Part shown: positions 1 to 5,112 of the stretch, in pieces
How positions within the stretch are numbered: position 1 is the first letter of the stretch
Layout: every line of letters starts with the position of its first letter
Source: Amoebidium appalachense
Taxonomy: Eukaryota > Protista > Ichthyosporea
DNA: 5,112 bases
Reading direction: 5' to 3'
Assembly (NCBI GenBank): GCA_963693365.1
Contig: CAVNZM010000130.1
Span: forward strand, 1 to 5,112
The notes under the pieces: model-generated
What the model saw: the letters and a program-made list of their open reading frames with translations, nothing else
Told to the model about the DNA's origin: nothing
The model's database searches: none
Translations under genes and position numbers: made by a program

Positions 1-1
1 C

Positions 2-435
2 ACGGCAAAAGACGACACCGGCGAGGTTTCTGATGACACTGGCATGGCGGCTGACGAGATGGAGAACTCTGGCTCCAAGAAGCGGCCCAAGTCAGGCGAC
101 GACTTGTCGGATGCCAGTGCCGGGCGCCCCATGAAGAAGGGTAAAAAGGCCCAGGGCGTGGCGTCTAGCGTGGTGATGTGCGTGGGTCACCTGTGTCTCG
201 TGATAGAGCGGGTGGTTCTGATGAGCAGGAGGGTGTTGCGCAAGCGGGGGGGGATGACAAGTATTTGGAGGAGTTGGCCAAGATTAGGGGAGGTAAAGAG
301 GTGGTGGATGCCGATGTTAGTAGTGGCGGGGGAAAACGTGCGAGGGAAGTGAGTGATGAGAGTGGGGATGAAAAGGGTGAAGGTGGGGTTAAAAAGCAGA
401 AAGGCGATGTGGGTGGGAGGGTTGAGGATGATTAG
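2..435 (+). pseudogene. 3' end of an unidentified ORF encoding a low-complexity D/E/G/K/S-rich tail with two bipartite NLS-like motifs; apparent frameshift at ~168-180
   Basis: Frame 2 is open from the window start (TAKDDTGEVSDD...KKRPKSGDDLSDASAGRPMKKGKK). The same composition continues in frame 1 after the TAG at 166-168 (DVRGSP...KRAREVSDESGDEKGEGGVKKQK...EDD*, TAG 433-435). No recognisable domain. Confidence 0.4.
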
Positions 436-457
436 AATGAGGAGGAATAGGGAAAGA

Positions 458-474
458 CCCCCCCCCCCCCCCCC
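458..474. repeat. C17 homopolymer
   Basis: Direct read. Confidence 0.9.
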
Positions 475-594
475 GCGGAGAAAAAAAAAGAAAAGAATCA
501 ATACTTAGTTTATGTCTCTTTTGGTGTAGTCCCCGCCTCTGCAGGGGGGAGATAGGGGGGAGATGTAGACTTCGTATTTTATTTGTGTGATGAT

Positions 595-644
595 GTTTGT
601 TTTGTTTTGTTTGTTTGTTTGTTTGTTGGTTTGTTTAGTTTGTT
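595..644. repeat. Imperfect (GTTT/GTTTT)n microsatellite
   Basis: gtttgttttgttttgtttgtttgtttgtttgttggtttgtttagtttgtt. Confidence 0.85.
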
Positions 645-656
645 CGGTGAAGGCTG

Positions 657-766
657 GACTCCTGTGGAGTCTAACAGAGTGAAATGGTCTCTACTCCTGT
701 GGAGTGAGACTTAGAAATTTTTTAACATGAACAACTTGTGCGGTCTCTGCTCCAGTGGAGCGAGAC
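657..766. repeat. Three related tri-loop stem-loop repeats (657-671, 687-710, 743-766)
   Basis: gactcc-tgt-ggagtc; gtctc-t-actcc-tgt-ggagt-gagac; gtctc-t-gctcc-agt-ggagc-gagac. Confidence 0.8.
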
Positions 767-836
767 ATAAAGGAACAACAGTCTTTATGGTATCTCGTGT
801 ACAAATTGTGAAATAAGTTAGAAAGGTAAGAAGGAA

Positions 837-857
837 GGGGGGGGGGGGGGGGGGGGG
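837..857. repeat. G21 homopolymer
   Basis: Direct read. Confidence 0.9.
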
Positions 858-1491
858 CACAACGGTGGTGGTTACATTTCGTATTATGATATTACGACAG
901 CTCGTAATCGTATATTACGATATTCCGTAATATTGTATTTAGTTAGTCATGGTATACTCGTAACATATTATTTGGCTATGCATAGGATATCTTATGGATG
1001 GGCAAAGAGCTGTCATAATGATGTATACACGACATGCTATGTATATACATACGTGTGGTGTACGGGCTCTTATGGAAATGTCTACGACGGTATTATGGGG
1101 GTCGTAATGTACCCCAAGACCAGCAATATGTATATCATATGTATATGGTTGGTAATTCGTAAGATACATCGATGTATATCATATGTCATGGGTTACGATG
1201 GTATTAAGCCGCTCCTAAACATATACTTAAGATATCCAACGGGCCGGGTTTGGATACTCGGATGGTGAAGGTTACGATGGGTTTCCGCTGCGCGTAATGG
1301 CATACATAGTATATCCATTGGGTAGGTTTCTGACTTTGAAATGGGGGGGTTTGTGTCCGTATTATGGCGGTATTCAGACCGCTCGTAACGCTCTCGTATG
1401 TATGTTCTATGTATAGTCGTATGTATATACATAGGTTATACATTGTATATCCATATGGATATACATAGGTTATACATTGGATATACATAGA

Positions 1492-1597
1492 ATATCCTAT
1501 GTATAGTGCAATGTATATACATTGGATATCCTATGTATAGTGCAATGTATATACATCGGATATCCTATGTATAGTGCAATGTATATACATCGGATAT
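1492..1597. repeat. 34-bp tandem repeat, 3 copies plus a partial copy
   Basis: Unit atatcctatgtatagtgcaatgtatatacat(t/c)gg starts at 1492, 1526 and 1560; a degenerate copy lies at ~1407-1435. Confidence 0.92.
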
Positions 1598-1617
1598 ACA
1601 TAGGATATACATATGAC

Positions 1618-1664
1618 ATACGCTTTACGACATCCATAAACCCTATGGATGTCGTAAAGCGTAT
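1618..1664. repeat. Perfect 21-bp inverted repeat with a 5-nt loop
   Basis: atacgctttacgacatccata-aaccc-tatggatgtcgtaaagcgtat. Confidence 0.95.
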
Positions 1665-2091
1665 ATCCAATGTATATACATAAGACGCTCCGTTAACCCC
1701 ATGGAACTCTTTACACTATCGTAAAGAGGTCGTGCAACCACTCCATATGAACTCGCGGTGTGCTTTACGATGGGTGACAGGTTTACGCCATCGGAGATGG
1801 CATTACGAGGGGTATACGATCCCCGGTGGAGATTGCTGATGCGTGTGCGGGCAGCCAACCGCGAACTGCTAAAACACGAAATGAAGCCTACATGGTTATG
1901 TTGATACCGAACACCCATCCTACGTGTTTACCCAGAAAAAATATTTATGTCAATAAATTCCACAAATAAAACCTCTATGAAAAACTACTCCGGGACGTGT
2001 GTTGCCTCTAGGGGGACATCGCCTTGGACGAAAGTGAACCTGCAATGGTTGTAAACCACGGCACGAGAGCAGTATGCTTGCTCCAAGGGTT

Positions 2092-3155
2092 TCACTTAAG
2101 AATAGAGGCGAATACACGTGTGGTAGTGGCAGCAATGGAGGCCGGGCGAAGTCGAGTAAAGGTCAGGAAACAGTCGGAGGACCATCTGCCGAGTTGTTTG
2201 ATCCGGGAGTTGTCGACCCCGGCCTCAGCCAGGGCTGTGCCCCCCCCGATTCGGAGGCTGTGGCCGGCAAACCGGGAGGGTGAGAGGCCTGCCCGGGAGA
2301 GGAGAGCACGGAAGTCGGCAGAGAACTTTGAAAGCACCCTTGGTGTAGGGAATGCCTCCGAGACTGAACAGGGGGTCGTCGGGTTGACTGGACGTTGTAT
2401 CCAGGAACTGCCGGAGGAGATGGGCTGGGGAGAAGTGGGTGAGGGGCAGGGCAGCGAGAGTGACGTTGACACCTTGGGCCTGTACATCCGTCTTGGAGGT
2501 TGGCAGGTGGAGGGTGGCATGGGACAAAGCACCGGAGGGGGTGTAGCTGAAGGTCACGTCCTTCCTTTTAACGTGACGGGACGGGTCGAAGGAAGTCAGG
2601 GTCTTGGAGGTAAATTCCCCCGAACGGAGGAGACCACAAAAACCGACGATGAGGACCGTCCATAGCCGGAGATTGACCGAGGAGGCCTTGGTGGGGCACT
2701 GGCCATGGAGTTGGCTGAGGTGGGAGGGCAGGAGGGGCTCCCTGGTAGATGATCGGGGCCGGATGTTGTGAGAAAGCTGCCATCTGCCCACCCCTCGTAG
2801 GAACCAGGCCAGAGCTTGTCGTGGGGGTAGGGAGCAGGGAGGCCCATGTCGAGGTGGAGTCTGGTGATGGCCGAATTGTAGCCGGCCAAGGAAGAGGCCT
2901 GTACCCCTCGTTGGGCACACCAGGCGAGAAAGAGCTGCACGGTGTGTGGGGAGGCCGGGAGGTAGGACCCGGAGGAGGACTGCAGCCGAGATGCCACACA
3001 AAAATCGATGAACACTTTTTGCACCCGGGAGTAAAAGGCCCGAGAGTCGAGGTTGAGACTCAGGGCCTGGCATTCCTGCAGGGTAGTGGTGGCTCGAAGC
3101 AGCTCGGCCGGAGCAAAGTGGGGGGCCAATCTGCCGGCGTTGCTCCGGAAGGGCA
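2092..3155 (-). pseudogene. Tyrosine recombinase (phage integrase/Cre-like) of a DIRS/Ngaro-type retrotransposon, with two frameshifts (~2812, ~2330)
   Basis: Joining three frames gives an N-terminal SAM-like region (SRAFYSRVQKVFIDFC...VQLFLAWCAQRGVQASSLAGYNSAITRLH), then GFCGLLRSGEF (R at 2624-2626), SKTD (K at 2492-2494), PLF, GHSLRIGG (H 2260-2262, R 2251-2253), LGRWSSDCFLTF and stop TGA at 2092-2094. Confidence 0.93.

Positions 3156-3223
<68 letters not shown>
3156..3223. repeat. G68 homopolymer (poly-C on the element strand) between the RNase H stop and the recombinase
   Basis: Direct read; it abuts the TAA at 3224-3226. The exact length may be unreliable. Confidence 0.85.
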
Positions 3224-3226
<3 letters not shown>

Positions 3227-3481
3227 GCCCAAGGGAAGGGATAGGAACTCGTGGACCCAGGAGGGGAAGGGGCAGGGCTCCGGTTGCAGGGAAGGTCGGA
3301 GTCGTCGGGCTCGGGGAAGTTGGTTACGAGAAATGGCATCGGCTAGATGGTTGAGGGGTCCCGGTAGGTAGGAGGCCTGTAACGTAAATTGGTATTGCAT
3401 TTCCATGCGGGTGATGAACCGAATAAGTTTGGCCATCACGGGGTGGGGGGAAGACCGGGAGTGCAGGTCAGACACAGCACC
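3224..3481 (-). pseudogene. RNase H (DIRS-type) C-terminal segment, downstream of the LTR insertion
   Basis: GAVSDLHSRSSPHPVMAKLIRFITRMEMQYQFTLQASYLPGPLNHLADAISR matches the DIRS RNase H end motif (xxPGxxNxxADxxSR); last catalytic Asp at 3338-3340. Confidence 0.9.
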
Positions 3482-4189
3482 TGTCATCTTCACTTAATTC
3501 TCAGCAAGACTTAGAAGTTGAGTTTGGTATTTATTTATTAGTTGTTGTAGTTTGTTTCCTTTTCCTTTCTTCATTTCTTTCTTTCTTTTCCGTTTCCGTG
3601 TACACGACATCTTAGATCTGTGTACGTATCGACATACTTAGCTCGCGCACACGTATTGTCGTTTGCGTCAAAATCTATATATGTCATCCAATCATATCTC
3701 GTTTGTATTTTCCCAAATATAGTAACTTACATTCCTTTCTCATTCCTTTCCCACGACGTAGCATTGTGCTATGTTCTTCAACTATTAGGAATAATTATAT
3801 TTAGACGTGTTATGATAAGAACATGTATAAATATATGTTATGAATTAATAGTTACATAAGTGGTTTCATTTTGTTAAATGTTTCCGTGCTTTTATTAGAA
3901 GTTTCTTTCATTAGAGGATTGAGTTTTATATTCTATGTGTCGACAGACATTTTAATCGATATATTTTACACTCATAGTTTTCGTCCTTTTGATTGGTTTA
4001 TCGTTTCACATTCCCAAGTATAAAAGGGACCTCATCTTGAAATAAATCATAAGCAGTCGTATTCACTTCCTATGGTTCCAGAAATCGTTCCTCCTCTCCG
4101 GTTGTGTTTTTCCCGTGTGTCTTTGTGTTGTGTTTTACATAACACCCATCTGTGCCCTCTGCTTCTCCGTTTACCCACACAAAATAACA
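3482..4189 (+). mobile_element. Solo LTR (708 bp) of an integrase-type LTR retrotransposon with 5-bp TSD GCACC (3477-3481, 4190-4194)
   Basis: Begins TGTCATCTT and ends AAAATAACA (7/9 inverted match, TG...CA); AT-rich and non-coding; identical flanking 5-mers; its removal restores the RNase H frame. Orientation is inferred from the TATA and AATAAA motifs. Confidence 0.9.
4019..4137 (+). promoter_or_regulatory. Putative LTR TATA box (TATAAAA 4019-4025), polyadenylation signal (AATAAA 4041-4046) and GT-rich downstream tract (~4101-4137)
   Basis: gTATAAAAggg...AATAAA...gttgtgtttttcccgtgtgtctttgtgttgtgtttt, in the order expected for U3-R-U5. Confidence 0.55.
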
Positions 4190-4310
4190 GCACCCGTGTT
4201 GTCGCAAAAAATACGGACATGGTGGGTGGACCAGGAGGGGGCCCAGAGGGCCACGGCGGCTGCGATGGCCAAGAGTTCGATGACGGAGGAACCGAGTTTA
4301 CCCTCATGAG
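4190..4310 (-). pseudogene. RNase H (DIRS-type) middle segment, upstream of the LTR insertion; not shown in the ORF track
   Basis: Manual translation gives HEGKLGSSVIELLAIAAAVALWAPSWSTHHVRIFCDNTG, with catalytic Glu (4276-4278) and Asp (4201-4203). The first catalytic Asp (DAS motif) is absent because of truncation. Confidence 0.9.
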
Positions 4311-4472
4311 TATAGAGGGCTTGGGTGGGGGGAGACTGTTGGACATTGTTTTCACAGAAGCTAGTTCTAGTGCACGTTGTTCCTTCTGTAAGTCAGAAAT
4401 GATTGCATCTTGTGAGGCCAACCTCTGCTCCAGTAGTTGGACTAGTTGCTGCAACTGTAAGTTGTCAGACAT
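4311..4472 (-). pseudogene. Truncated N-terminus of a coiled-coil, gag-like ORF, probably from a different retroelement
   Basis: MSDNLQLQQLVQLLEQRLASQDAIISDLQKEQRALELASVKTMSNSLPPPKPS: a heptad-like Q/L/E helix followed by LPPPKPS, reminiscent of Ty3/Gypsy-type gag starts. GC content is lower than in the adjacent RNase H, and the ORF runs out of frame into it. Confidence 0.5.
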
Positions 4473-5112
4473 AGTGTCGTGTATGATGGGTAACTAATCT
4501 ATGTGTTTTTTTGTGCACTGAAAACGACAGTAGAAAAGTGTAAATCAAACGTTCTGCTTCCCATGTTTGTGACATGGGAGGCACTGCTTTATATAGTCGT
4601 TGGCCACCTCATGCCAGTGGTGGCCTCGTGTGCACCCTGGTGGTGGGCCATGTACAGCATGGCCGAAAAGAGAGCACAACGAAAACAAGTCGTTAAAGAT
4701 ATAAAAGTTAACTGTGCACGTTGAGTGGCCAGTTAACTTGCACTAAAGCACACAAATAAACTTGTTTAACACCCCAATTGCAGTTAAACGTAAATCTTAC
4801 TTCACACAACTAAAAATATTCTGAGAATATCCGGGAATAAAGCACACTACCACTCTAAGAATAGAATCATGTGGCAAATATAGACATGACATCATCTGAA
4901 CCGGGAATATTAATTAATGAGCACAATTAGCACGTTGCTAGTGAAGCTCGTCATTGGTACAGTTTTGGCTCAAACTTATAACTACCATATATGAACATGA
5001 CCGTAAACAAAAGCTCTATGCACTCGAGTGAGTGTTGAAACAATTATTCCATTGCTCAGAAACTTTCTCTAACAGACATTGCTAGCCGGGAGAACCAGTG
5101 TACTCCAACAGA

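Larger units (their letters stand above)
880..1810. repeat. Non-coding region rich in palindromes and TTACGA/TCGTAA motifs, possibly a non-autonomous DNA transposon or terminal-region remnant
   Basis: TTACGA at 892, 915, 1193, 1272, 1625, 1765, 1803; TCGTAA at 902, 958, 1102, 1157, 1383, 1652, 1719; several hairpins and ATGTATATACAT palindromes. The ORFs here are Y/I/M-rich and look spurious. Termini not identified. Confidence 0.6.
1950..4310 (-). mobile_element. Truncated, degenerate tyrosine-recombinase retrotransposon (DIRS order, probably Ngaro-like)
   Basis: A DIRS-type RNase H C-terminal part is followed on the same strand by a tyrosine recombinase ORF, the gene order of YR retrotransposons. 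Its coding parts are GC-rich relative to the flanks. RT and terminal repeats are not seen; boundaries are approximate. Confidence 0.85.

Noticed and set aside
187-501. Hydrophobic minus-strand ORF
   Set aside because: Antisense of a purine-rich coding tail plus homopolymers.
657-766. CRISPR array or iron-responsive element
   Set aside because: Only 2-3 unequal repeats with unequal spacing, no cas genes and a eukaryotic TE context. CAGTG is present in only one copy and lacks the IRE C-bulge plus 5-bp stem geometry.
933-1918. Y/I/M-rich ORFs in the repeat region
   Set aside because: Translations reflect TATA/CATA repeats and show no domain motifs.
858-1926. CAC...GTG termini for the motif-rich region
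   Set aside because: The inverted match is weak and gapped, and there is no TSD.
2092-3155. Prophage or bacterial integrase, or Crypton DNA transposon
   Set aside because: The directly upstream DIRS-type RNase H indicates a YR retrotransposon.
2024-3354. Plus-strand ORFs 2024-2665, 2074-2283, 2749-3354 and 3053-3244, and minus-strand ORF 2568-2999
   Set aside because: Antisense or alternative-frame shadows of the GC-rich recombinase; the poly-Gly comes from the G tract.
3474-4194. 8-bp TSD (ACAGCACC) implying a hAT-like insertion
   Set aside because: The extra 3 bp coincide with the element's own ACA end; the 5-bp TSD reading yields TG...CA inverted termini.
1926-4303. GTTTACCC at 1926 and 4296 as a TSD around the YR element
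   Set aside because: A third copy occurs at 4169, the 4296 copy appears to lie within RNase H coding sequence, and YR elements generally do not make such TSDs.
3620-4724. Plus-strand ORFs 3620-3859, 4072-4497, 4115-4309 and 4503-4724
   Set aside because: They lie inside the LTR or antisense across element junctions and have no recognisable motifs.
4840-5110. LTR start (minus-strand TGTTGG at 5110) and PBS candidates (TGGTAG near 4852 and 4987)
   Set aside because: No CA end directly adjacent to a convincing tRNA-complementary PBS, and no second LTR in the window.

Overview
Eukaryotic-looking window made of nested, decayed mobile DNA, with no intact host gene. The main element, on the minus strand (~1950-4310), is a 5'-truncated tyrosine-recombinase retrotransposon (DIRS order, probably Ngaro-like). 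It retains the C-terminal part of an RNase H domain, then a 68-nt poly-C tract, then a tyrosine recombinase gene with two frameshifts and Phe at the predicted catalytic Tyr. The RNase H is split by a 708-bp TG...CA solo LTR (3482-4189) with a 5-bp target-site duplication (GCACC); removing it restores the frame exactly. Upstream on the minus strand, a coiled-coil gag-like ORF start is fused to the RNase H remnant. To the left is a ~1-kb non-coding region rich in palindromes and TTACGA/TCGTAA motifs, containing a 34-bp tandem repeat and a perfect 21-bp hairpin. Further left are three related stem-loops (657-766) and the frameshifted acidic/basic tail of an unidentified ORF.
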